Source: Actinomycetaceae bacterium (lineage in GTDB: Bacteria; Actinomycetota; Actinomycetes; Actinomycetales; Actinomycetaceae). Taken from it: DNA of 64,000 nt. A program made the translations under genes and the position numbers. The stretch spans positions 12,171 through 76,170 of the forward strand of contig JAFYHO010000054.1 of the NCBI GenBank assembly GCA_017539125.1, read 5' to 3'. Positions 53,278-60,456 of this stretch are shown piece by piece. Every line of letters begins with the position of its first letter. Positions within the stretch are counted from its first letter, which is position 1. The notes beneath the pieces were generated by a model. The model was not told where the DNA came from. It worked only from the letters and a program-made list of their open reading frames with translations, and made no database searches.

Positions 53278-53386
53278 AAAATTCGTTCTTTTGCCAACTT
53301 TTCCACCATTTTAATTTTTTGTTAGATTCATATGAGCCTCAAGTCCTACTTGAGCTTTATGGGCATGAAAAAGCTAGACTGTGTGT

Positions 53387-54628
53387 ATGGCTAAAACGAA
53401 GTTGTCCCAACGCACCTATGGGCTGCCCGTCAATCCAAAAATTGGTGCAACGATTTTCTATAGTGCGTTTGCGCTGTATACCCTGTACATTCTTATCGGT
53501 TCTACAGGCTATGAGGCGGTTTTGACAAATGTACTCGCTGGGCACTTTGACCTCTTTCATTTTTTGCGTTTAGTCATCTGGGGACTTTTGGGAATCAAAC
53601 TACTACTTCAACGCTATAAACTCTCTCATCTTCTCGTCTCATTTATTTTCATTGCGCTCTTCTTGGCAACCTGGCATTATGCGGGTCGAGGATTAGAGTT
53701 CCTTCTCTTTATCGCCGCTGGTCAAAGTATTAAAGTGCGTCGCTTGGCGCAGATCGCTCTGCCGCTCACCGCCATCCTTGTCGTAGCAACTCTCATCGGC
53801 TCTTTTACAGGTGTCATAGACAATGTTCAGATAGCTTCCGATTTACAAGAAAATCCAGCTGGTCGCAATTCTCTCGGCTTTGAACACCCTAATACTTTTG
53901 GCAGTTTTATCTTCGCCATCGTTCTTGCCTGGCTCGTTATCAACTACCGCACAATCAATATCGTCAACACGGTAATTGTCCTTTGTGGAGCAGTCGTAGT
54001 ATTCGCGGTCAGCGAGTCCGAGACGTATACAATCGCTATTCTTCTGGCTGGACTTTTGCATATTTGTTCCCAAAAACTCCCTGCTCGCTTGCTGGCTTCT
54101 GGCTCTCTTATTGCGACAGCAGCAATCAGTGCTTTCAGTTTCTATGCCATGTTTACTTTCGATCCGAAAGTTCCGTGGTGGAACACCTTAGACAGCGTCC
54201 TATCCCACCGCCTGACTCTCGCGCGCCATTATTTCCATATTTTCCCCAACACTCTCTTTGGGCAAAGTTTTGAAAGCACCAACATATCGTGGTTTCCTTC
54301 CGCAAATGGTCGCCTTGTTGTCGACAATGTATTCAGTCATCTTTGGCTTCAATACGGGATTGTCTCGGCTGTTGTATTCCTTGTTTTACTTCTGGCGATT
54401 TTCGTTAAAAGTTTCCGTGAAAATAGGTGGAACGAAGCCAGTTTCGGTATTCTCTTATTCGTTATTGTCGGTTTCGCTGAAGCGACCTCCATCAATTTCT
54501 CCGAAAACTATTTTCTCATCGCTGCTTCCGCGCTTATCTTTGGGGCAAGCTTGCGTAGCCTAGAGATGCCACGAACATATAAAACGAAGCAATCCTCAAT
54601 AATTTCAGGGGAAAATCCTGACGAATGA
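53387..54628 (+). CDS. polytopic membrane protein, O-antigen polymerase/ligase (Wzy-like) family candidate
   Basis: About 10-12 TM segments with a loop reading GRNSLGFEHPNTFGSFIFAIVLAW, reminiscent of Wzy/O-antigen-ligase proteins in Gram-positive EPS loci. Composition is lower GC. Start ATG 53387. Confidence 0.55.
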   Translation: MAKTKLSQRTYGLPVNPKIGATIFYSAFALYTLYILIGSTGYEAVLTNVLAGHFDLFHFLRLVIWGLLGIKLLLQRYKLSHLLVSFIFIALFLATWHYAGRGLEFLLFIAAGQSIKVRRLAQIALPLTAILVVATLIGSFTGVIDNVQIASDLQENPAGRNSLGFEHPNTFGSFIFAIVLAWLVINYRTINIVNTVIVLCGAVVVFAVSESETYTIAILLAGLLHICSQKLPARLLASGSLIATAAISAFSFYAMFTFDPKVPWWNTLDSVLSHRLTLARHYFHIFPNTLFGQSFESTNISWFPSANGRLVVDNVFSHLWLQYGIVSAVVFLVLLLAIFVKSFRENRWNEASFGILLFVIVGFAEATSINFSENYFLIAASALIFGASLRSLEMPRTYKTKQSSIISGENPDE

Positions 54629-54755
54629 TGGCCGTGTAATATCACTTACAGCTTAGAGTCGGGTAATTGGTATTTGAGACAGATATATTAAAGGGGCATA
54701 TGATTGTGGAGTTGTACGCCCTGCGCACACATACCCGCTGAGGTAAGGAGAAGAA

Positions 54756-55835
54756 GTGAGCACTATTCGTGTAGGCATTGTCGGACTTGGCAATTGCGCA
54801 TCATCTCTGATTCAAGGTGTTGAGTACTATAAGGACGCTTCGCCCGAAGATGTCGTCCCCGGGCTGATGCACGTCCAGTTCGGCGATTATCACGTCTCGG
54901 ATTTGGAGTTCGTGACGGCGTTTGATGTGGACGCGAAGAAAGTCGGGTTTGATATCGCTGAAGCAATTGAGGCTTCGGAGAACAACACGATTAAGCTGTG
55001 TGACGTGCCGACGACGGGCGTGACGGTTGAGCGCGGGCACACCCTCGACGGTCTGGGCAAGTACTACAAGGACACGATTGTTGAGTCGGACGCCGAGCCT
55101 GTGGACGTGGTGCAGGTGCTTAAGGATAAGCAGGTTGACGTGCTTGTTTCCTATCTACCTGTGGGCTCGGAGCAGGCAGCTCGCTTCTATGCTCAGTGCG
55201 CGATTGACGCAAAGTGCGCTTTCATCAACGCTATGCCAGTCTTTATCGGTTCGACCAAGGAGTGGTCGGATAAGTTTGAGGCTGCCGGTGTGCCGATTAT
55301 CGGCGACGACATCAAGAGCCAGATTGGTGCAACGATTACGCACCGTGTGCTCGCAAAGCTCTTTGAGGATCGCGGCGTCACCCTTGACCGCACCTACCAG
55401 TTGAATGTGGGCGGCAATATGGACTTCAAGAATATGCTTGAGCGCGAGCGCTTGGAGTCGAAGAAGATTTCTAAGACAAATGCTGTGCAGTCGAATTTGC
55501 GTGAGCGTCTTGACGACCACAATGTTCATATTGGCCCGTCGGATTATGTGTCGTGGCTGGACGACCGCAAGTGGGCTTTTGTTCGCCTTGAGGGCCGCAA
55601 TTTTGGTGACGCTCCTGTGTCGCTTGAGTACAAGCTTGAGGTCTGGGATTCGCCGAACTCGGCTGGCATTATCATTGACGCTGTGCGCGCGGCAAAAATT
55701 GCTCTTGACCGCGGGATTGGCGGCGAGCTGCTGGCTGCCTCGTCCTATTTCATGAAGTCGCCTATGGAGCAGCGCCCTGACGAAGAGGCGCGCGCTTCAG
55801 TCGAGGCCTTTATCCGCGGCGACATTGAGCGCTAA
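54756..55835 (+). CDS. ino1: myo-inositol-1-phosphate synthase
   Basis: GTG start after [31 protein letters not shown]...; 359 aa, the actinobacterial short Ino1 type. Confidence 0.9.
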   Translation: MSTIRVGIVGLGNCASSLIQGVEYYKDASPEDVVPGLMHVQFGDYHVSDLEFVTAFDVDAKKVGFDIAEAIEASENNTIKLCDVPTTGVTVERGHTLDGLGKYYKDTIVESDAEPVDVVQVLKDKQVDVLVSYLPVGSEQAARFYAQCAIDAKCAFINAMPVFIGSTKEWSDKFEAAGVPIIGDDIKSQIGATITHRVLAKLFEDRGVTLDRTYQLNVGGNMDFKNMLERERLESKKISKTNAVQSNLRERLDDHNVHIGPSDYVSWLDDRKWAFVRLEGRNFGDAPVSLEYKLEVWDSPNSAGIIIDAVRAAKIALDRGIGGELLAASSYFMKSPMEQRPDEEARASVEAFIRGDIER

Positions 55836-55853
55836 TACACCTCATCTTTAGAG

Positions 55854-55887
55854 AGGGCTTGCCGGCACTTGTTGGCAAGCCCTTTTA
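55854..55887 (+). terminator. rho-independent terminator after ino1
   Basis: AGGGCTTGCC - 10-nt loop - GGCAAGCCCT followed by TTTT. Confidence 0.7.
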
Positions 55888-55976
55888 ACACATAAAAAGA
55901 ATGCATTCGCACATCACATTGCTTTTTGATACACTCGTCCGTATGGCACGATTACTCGCCTAGTAAGGAGAAAATT

Positions 55977-56816
55977 ATGAAAAAGCTTGCCATTATCCCT
56001 GCGCTTCTCGCGCTTCTTGCAGGAACACTCGCCCTGCCCGCTCAAGCAGACGAAACGACCGAAACCGTCTGCGACACCTACTGCGTCAGAGAAAAATACG
56101 GTGAGGACGCTAGGATACTTGGTGACGAAGTCATTGAAGTCACCGATCAAGGTTTGACGATTAGACATTCACGCTCAAGCAACGCCGAAAAAGAAGGTCA
56201 AATCGTCTATCGCCTCTACAATCGCGTCAGCGGAGAACATTTGTATACGACTGATAAAAACGAAGTTCAGACACTTGCCAAATTTTTGAAAACTGAGCAA
56301 GCTTGCTTTGAGGGTGAAAAACTAGTTGAATGCCCCAACAACAAGACAGATTGGAATTATGAAGGTGTTGCGTGGGTTGGCGGAGAAACAACAACTACTG
56401 ACCCCGTAGTCCGCCTGTACAATCCTGTTCTCGGAGACCACCACTACACATCCGATCAAAACGAAATTAATGTTTTGACGTCACGGTATGACTGGATAAA
56501 TGAAGGAACCGTCTTTTTTGAAGCAGCTCTTACTGAAGGCACTGTTTCTGTTTACCGCCAGTACAATCCTGGGCTTAGGGTAGGCGCTCATCTTTTCACA
56601 GTAGACAAGAATGAATACGATATCAATAATGCGAAGAATGGTTGGCAAGGCGAAGGCACTTCGTTTACCGTCTATCCGTATACGGAATCTTGTTCGGTCT
56701 CTTCCGTGCCGAACACCGATAGTTCAGAACCACCAAAAAGTTATTACCGAATCGTTGAGTGTGCTGAAGACGAACGCTTCACGACCTCAACTATTCCCTT
56801 CGGCTTTTTACCCTAG
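55977..56816 (+). CDS. small secreted protein made almost entirely of RLYNP-HxYT-(G)W-EG repeats
   Basis: Start moved to MKKLAIIPALLALLAGTLALPAQA after AAGGAG. Repeats: IVYRLYNRVSGEHLYTTDKNEVQTL...WNYEGVAW, VVRLYNPVLGDHHYTSDQNEINVLTSRYDWINEGTVF, and VYRQYNPGLRVGAHLFTVDKNEYDINNAKNGWQGEGTSF. Confidence 0.7.
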   Translation: MKKLAIIPALLALLAGTLALPAQADETTETVCDTYCVREKYGEDARILGDEVIEVTDQGLTIRHSRSSNAEKEGQIVYRLYNRVSGEHLYTTDKNEVQTLAKFLKTEQACFEGEKLVECPNNKTDWNYEGVAWVGGETTTTDPVVRLYNPVLGDHHYTSDQNEINVLTSRYDWINEGTVFFEAALTEGTVSVYRQYNPGLRVGAHLFTVDKNEYDINNAKNGWQGEGTSFTVYPYTESCSVSSVPNTDSSEPPKSYYRIVECAEDERFTTSTIPFGFLP

Positions 56817-56847
56817 TCGCTGAATCTTCTATTAACCCTAATCATCA

Positions 56848-56885
56848 ATGAGGGGCAGGTTTTATGAAGCCTGCTCCTCATTTTT
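56848..56885. terminator. hairpin plus T-run between convergent genes
   Basis: ATGAGGGGCAGG / CCTGCTCCTCAT (one mismatch) followed by TTTTT. It overlaps the last codons of the minus-strand ORF. Confidence 0.5.
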
Positions 56886-57215
56886 ATTGTCAGTGCTGTC
56901 TTTGCGGCAGCGATAGATTGTGAAAGCACCGACAGCAACGCCTACTCCCAGCATTCCTAGGGCGATTGCGGGACCAATAGTATCCTCTGGCTCTGCTTCG
57001 TCATCAGGTGTAGTTTCGGATTGAGTCACGCGTACCGATACACTCATGTTTGCGTGCGCCAGCGAAGAAGCGTAACTGCCTACGGCTGGCGGCGTTATAT
57101 TGCTAGAAATGGCAATCCCTAGACCCGCGGCCACCGCAAAGACAAGAACTCCTACAATCAACTTACGCCGTATCTTTATGTCTGTATTCATATCAATCTC
57201 TATATTTCTATTCAT
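56862..57215 (-). CDS. hypothetical small membrane protein (two TM segments)
   Basis: 117 aa with two hydrophobic segments and an acidic loop. No family recognised. Confidence 0.4.
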   Translation of the reverse strand: MNRNIEIDMNTDIKIRRKLIVGVLVFAVAAGLGIAISSNITPPAVGSYASSLAHANMSVSVRVTQSETTPDDEAEPEDTIGPAIALGMLGVGVAVGAFTIYRCRKDSTDNKNEEQAS

Positions 57216-57413
57216 ATTTTCAGGCTACGAAAAAGCCACAGCGTGCCGCCAGCCTTTCCTGTGCGCCCACGGAGTAATACACTCCCACCAGCCCAAAAAC
57301 AGCTCTCCCACCCCTACGCCCTAAGAAAACATTCTCCTCATTGCGAGACTTGCTGGATTACCAGCAGGCCCCTTTTGGTATCGCTTTTTGTGGGAAAGTG
57401 ATACCATTTACTT

Positions 57414-57629
57414 ATGGCAATGACTTTGCGAATTGAAAAAGAAGATAAAGCGCTTTTGGAAAAGATTGCCCGAAGGCGCGGAATGTCGCGCCAAAAAACC
57501 ATTCTTCAACTCGTCCGCGAAGAAGGCGAGCGCCTCAATTTACACGAAAACCCTTTCACAGCAATACCCCGCATTTCCTCTACTCTCTCTAGCCACGATG
57601 CGCTCAACGACGAACGGAAACCCTACTGA
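57414..57629 (+). CDS. vapB: ribbon-helix-helix antitoxin (VapB-like)
   Basis: 71 aa. MAMTLRIEKEDKALLEKIARRRGMSRQKTILQLVREE has an RHH pattern. Its TGATG overlaps the PIN toxin start. Confidence 0.7.
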   Translation: MAMTLRIEKEDKALLEKIARRRGMSRQKTILQLVREEGERLNLHENPFTAIPRISSTLSSHDALNDERKPY

Positions 57630-58024
57630 TGCGCCTGTATATAGATACCTCGGCCGCAATGAAACTCTTTCTCGACGAAGCCGATTCTGATGCGTGCGCA
57701 GACACACTATTCTCGGTGCTGAAAAAGGGTGGCGAACTTATCGCCGCGACATGGATGCTTGCAGAACTATCGTCCGTCATGCGACGCATGTATTCCGTCG
57801 ATTCCATTGACGGTCTTGATGTGTTTCTCAAACAATGCACACTTATTGAAACAGACGCGAAGCATATCAACCGCGTTCGCGGCGAAAAATGGAAACTACG
57901 CAGCGCCGACGCGCTTCATCTTGCCTGTGCCCTCGATGCAGACGCCACGCACATACTCACCTACGACAAGGAGCTCGCCTCGGCAGCCCGCAAGCACAAC
58001 ATCACGCCCACCACCGCCCACTAA
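57629..58024 (+). CDS. vapC: PIN-domain ribonuclease toxin (VapC-like)
   Basis: MRLYIDTSAAMKLF (first acidic residue), ...SADALHLACAL..., ...HILTYDKELA; 131 aa. Confidence 0.8.
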   Translation: MRLYIDTSAAMKLFLDEADSDACADTLFSVLKKGGELIAATWMLAELSSVMRRMYSVDSIDGLDVFLKQCTLIETDAKHINRVRGEKWKLRSADALHLACALDADATHILTYDKELASAARKHNITPTTAH

Positions 58025-58034
58025 GAGAGCTCCG

Positions 58035-58063
58035 CAAGCCTCCTACCTGCACTACTTCCTGTT
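58035..58063 (+). repeat. 29-bp direct repeat, copy 1 (downstream flank of the ATPase cassette)
   Basis: CAAGCCTCCTACCTGCACTACTTCCTGTT, identical to 59342-59370. Confidence 0.9.
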
Positions 58064-58116
58064 CTGCTCGTCATTACAGGAAAGACCAGCGACGAAGGTA
58101 CTCGCAGATAACCTTT

Positions 58117-58153
58117 GAGGGGCTTGGTGTTTTCCGCCAAGCCCCCTCTTTTT
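58117..58153. terminator. bidirectional hairpin terminator between vapC and the ATPase gene
   Basis: GAGGGGCTTGG - loop - CCAAGCCCCCTC followed by TTTTT. Confidence 0.65.
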
Positions 58154-58161
58154 ATTTGTAA

Positions 58162-59340
58162 TTAAGAGGTGATTTTCTTGTAGATATCGCTAATCGTTTC
58201 GAAGTGCTCCACGTGTCCATGGCGAGTATTGAACGTATCCTCGCCACAATAGACAAGAAAACGCTCATCTGGCGTTAAACCAAAATCGTCACCCAAAGCG
58301 TCAAGATGTACAAACCCCTCAGGCTTGTATGTGTGAGACGATTTGATTTCTATTCCTGCAACAGCCTGCAGTCCGCGAGAAACAACAAGGTCGATTTCGC
58401 GCCCATTAGAGTCTTGCCAATAATAAAAATCCGGCTCTACACCAGCATTGAGATACTGTTTAGCCAACTCGACAATAACCGCGTTTTCGTAGAGCTCACC
58501 TTTCATGTCACCCGAACGATAATCGTCAGGCGAAGTAAAACCAAGAAGATGGCAGGCAAGCCCCGTATCCCAAAAATACAATTTGGGCTTTTTGACAAGA
58601 CGCTTGCTGAGGTTTTTATGCCACGGGTTCAGACGGAAAATAATGTAACTTTCCTCCAACGCCGAAAGCCAATTATTGACGGTTTTGACACTGACACTAC
58701 TGGCAGCAGCCAAAGCCGACAGATTAAGTGGAGAACCGATATGGGTGGCACACAGTCGGAGGAATGTCTGAAAAGACGACAGGTTACGCACGCCCAACTC
58801 TGTGCGAACATCTCGCTCGCAATACGTCTGAACATAGCTGGGATAGTAGTCAAGCGGCGACATATCCGAACTGTAAAGACGCGGATAGCTACCGGTAAAA
58901 ACCCAATCATCAATAGAACTGGGCGGCTCAGGAACTTCGTTGTATGCGAGAGGGAGTAGGCGAAGCACTCCCACTCGCCCTGCAAGGGACTGCTGGATGG
59001 ACTGGGAAAGAAGAAAATTCTGTGAACCAGAAAGAATAAAACGCCCCGGCTCAGACGAATTGTCAATGCGCTCTTGGAGATATGAGAAAAGTTCTGGGAC
59101 ACGCTGGGCTTCATCGAGAATAACAGGCTGACCTATAGAGTCCAGAAAAAATCGCGGGTCATCCACTATTCGTTTGCGAATATCAGGTGTTTCCAGAGAA
59201 TAATACGCATATGAGGGGAAATGATTTTTCAGCAGCGTTGTTTTCCCGCTCTGACGTGGACCAGTCAAAGATACTGCCGGAAAAGAGCGCAAGAGCTCTT
59301 CTAAACGCGTAGACAGATGCCGCTCAATGCTCCTGTTCAT
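58162..59340 (-). CDS. AAA-family ATPase with a C-terminal DUF4143-type domain
   Basis: P-loop LTGPRQSGKTTLLK and Walker B PVILDEAQRV; 392 aa, matching the AAA_14 + DUF4143 architecture as I remember it. Confidence 0.8.
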   Translation of the reverse strand: MNRSIERHLSTRLEELLRSFPAVSLTGPRQSGKTTLLKNHFPSYAYYSLETPDIRKRIVDDPRFFLDSIGQPVILDEAQRVPELFSYLQERIDNSSEPGRFILSGSQNFLLSQSIQQSLAGRVGVLRLLPLAYNEVPEPPSSIDDWVFTGSYPRLYSSDMSPLDYYPSYVQTYCERDVRTELGVRNLSSFQTFLRLCATHIGSPLNLSALAAASSVSVKTVNNWLSALEESYIIFRLNPWHKNLSKRLVKKPKLYFWDTGLACHLLGFTSPDDYRSGDMKGELYENAVIVELAKQYLNAGVEPDFYYWQDSNGREIDLVVSRGLQAVAGIEIKSSHTYKPEGFVHLDALGDDFGLTPDERFLVYCGEDTFNTRHGHVEHFETISDIYKKITS

Positions 59341-59341
59341 A

Positions 59342-59370
59342 CAAGCCTCCTACCTGCACTACTTCCTGTT
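59342..59370 (+). repeat. 29-bp direct repeat, copy 2 (contains the ATPase SD on the minus strand)
   Basis: CAAGCCTCCTACCTGCACTACTTCCTGTT. The reverse complement supplies GGTAGGAGGCTTGT immediately before the ATPase ATG. Confidence 0.9.
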
Positions 59371-59473
59371 TTGCATAAAGTCTACTTCCTGTTTTGCATA
59401 AAGTCTACTTCCTGTTTTACATAAAGTCTACTTCCTGTTTTGCATAAAGTCTACTTCCTGTTTTGCACAAACT
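59359..59473 (+). repeat. five tandem copies of a 23-bp unit (iteron-like array)
   Basis: CTACTTCCTGTTTTGCATAAAGT is repeated head to tail at 59359, 59382, 59405, 59428 and 59451. Copy 3 has G>A, and copy 5 diverges at its 3' end. There are no spacers. Confidence 0.9.
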
Positions 59474-59626
59474 ACTTTGCAGCATTCGTGAGGATAGTGT
59501 TTTATCGTAAAACGAGGTGGATTTATTGCAAAACAATATAGTTTTATTGACAAACGATAAAAGTGTGCTAGAGTTGTCGGCGAGGGTAGCTCTGACTGCC
59601 CCCACAACGACCGATACAGAAAAGGA

Positions 59627-60115
59627 ATGGACATGAAACAACGCGAATTAGCACTGGCCTTGAAAGTCGCCGACATTGTCGCTTTAGCGTGCTCTATCGC
59701 AGCCATCTTTTACCTTGTCAACAAAATCGGACTTCTCCTCACCTCTGTCGAGGGCAACGCAGGATCCCTACTGCGCCACGCTGCCCTACCTTTCGGCATT
59801 CTCACGTGTATTCCGCTTATCGTCATTGCGGCACTCTCGTGGAAACTTTTCAACGAACTAGCACACGACAACTCCTTCTGCCCCGAAAACGCTGGGCGCC
59901 TACGCACAATCGGGCTCATCGCCTTTGCAGAAGCCCTCTTATTCATATTCGCCGCCGCAGTCATAGCGATTTTCGGAAGTATCAGCCTCGACGCATTCGC
60001 CGATTTCGCCGTCATCATTATTGCGTGCGGCGCATTTGCCGTCGTGTGCTTCACCCTCAGCCACCTCTTTGCCAAGGCGAGCGCCCTGCAAGACGAAAAC
60101 GATTTGACGGTTTAG
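59627..60115 (+). CDS. DUF2975-like four-TM membrane protein
   Basis: 162 aa with four hydrophobic segments. It lies directly upstream of a short XRE-type HTH gene, which is the recurrent DUF2975 + HTH pairing. The start could be 59633 (SD AAAGGA). Confidence 0.6.
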   Translation: MDMKQRELALALKVADIVALACSIAAIFYLVNKIGLLLTSVEGNAGSLLRHAALPFGILTCIPLIVIAALSWKLFNELAHDNSFCPENAGRLRTIGLIAFAEALLFIFAAAVIAIFGSISLDAFADFAVIIIACGAFAVVCFTLSHLFAKASALQDENDLTV

Positions 60116-60124
60116 AGGTGCGTC

Positions 60125-60334
60125 ATGGAAATCAAAGTCAATCTCGACCGTGTGCTCCTCGAGCGCAAAATGACCCTCACGCAGCTGTCAGACAAGGTCG
60201 GAATCACTATCGCCAATCTTTCCAACCTGAAAACCGGCAAAGCCAAAGCAATACGCTTCACCACACTTGCAGCCCTGTGCGAAACGCTCGACTGCCAGCC
60301 ATGTGACCTCCTTGAATACACGGAAAGCGCATAA
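60125..60334 (+). CDS. short XRE-family helix-turn-helix transcriptional regulator (YozG-like)
   Basis: MEIKVNLDRVLLERKMTLTQLSDKVGITIANLSNLKTGKAKAIRFTTLAALCETLDCQPCDLLEY. Confidence 0.85.
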   Translation: MEIKVNLDRVLLERKMTLTQLSDKVGITIANLSNLKTGKAKAIRFTTLAALCETLDCQPCDLLEYTESA

Positions 60335-60341
60335 CTCCAAT

Positions 60342-60431
60342 CCGTCATTGCGAGGAAGCCCAAAGGGCTGACGAAGCAATCTCTACTGGGAGATCGCCAC
60401 GTCGGCGCGGAGCGCCTCCTCGCGACGACGG
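60342..60431. repeat. palindromic repeat family, locus E (minimal unit of about 90 bp)
   Basis: CCGTCATTGCGAGGAAGCCCAAAGGGCTGACGAAGCAATC ... GATCGCCACGTCGGCGCGGAGCGCCTCCTCGCGACGACGG. Confidence 0.85.
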
Positions 60432-60456
60432 TGGGAGAAAAGAAAGGACACCCACC

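Noticed and set aside
53109-53380. Calling this region the chromosomal origin, oriC
   Set aside because: Only four good DnaA boxes are present and no dnaA, dnaN or rpmH is adjacent. The region is reported as a DnaA-box cluster only. Confirming an origin requires whole-genome skew analysis.
57337-57352. Additional copy of the palindromic repeat family (CTCCTCATTGCGAGAC)
   Set aside because: Only about 11 nt resemble one arm. There is no partner arm or inner GATTGCTTCG module, so the resemblance is likely chance or a highly decayed remnant.
59359-59473. Possible CRISPR array
   Set aside because: The 23-bp units are directly adjacent with no spacers, and there are no cas genes in the window. 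It is a tandem repeat, not a CRISPR array.
59417-59706. ORFs 59417-59641 and 59428-59706
   Set aside because: They read through the tandem-repeat array and promoter region on the minus strand. They have no SD and overlap the DUF2975-like gene start.
57216-60440. Integrated prophage or ICE remnant
   Set aside because: No integrase, recombinase, relaxase, replication or structural genes are visible. Only direct repeats, a TA pair and an ATPase are present, so I describe it as an accessory islet, not a mobile element.
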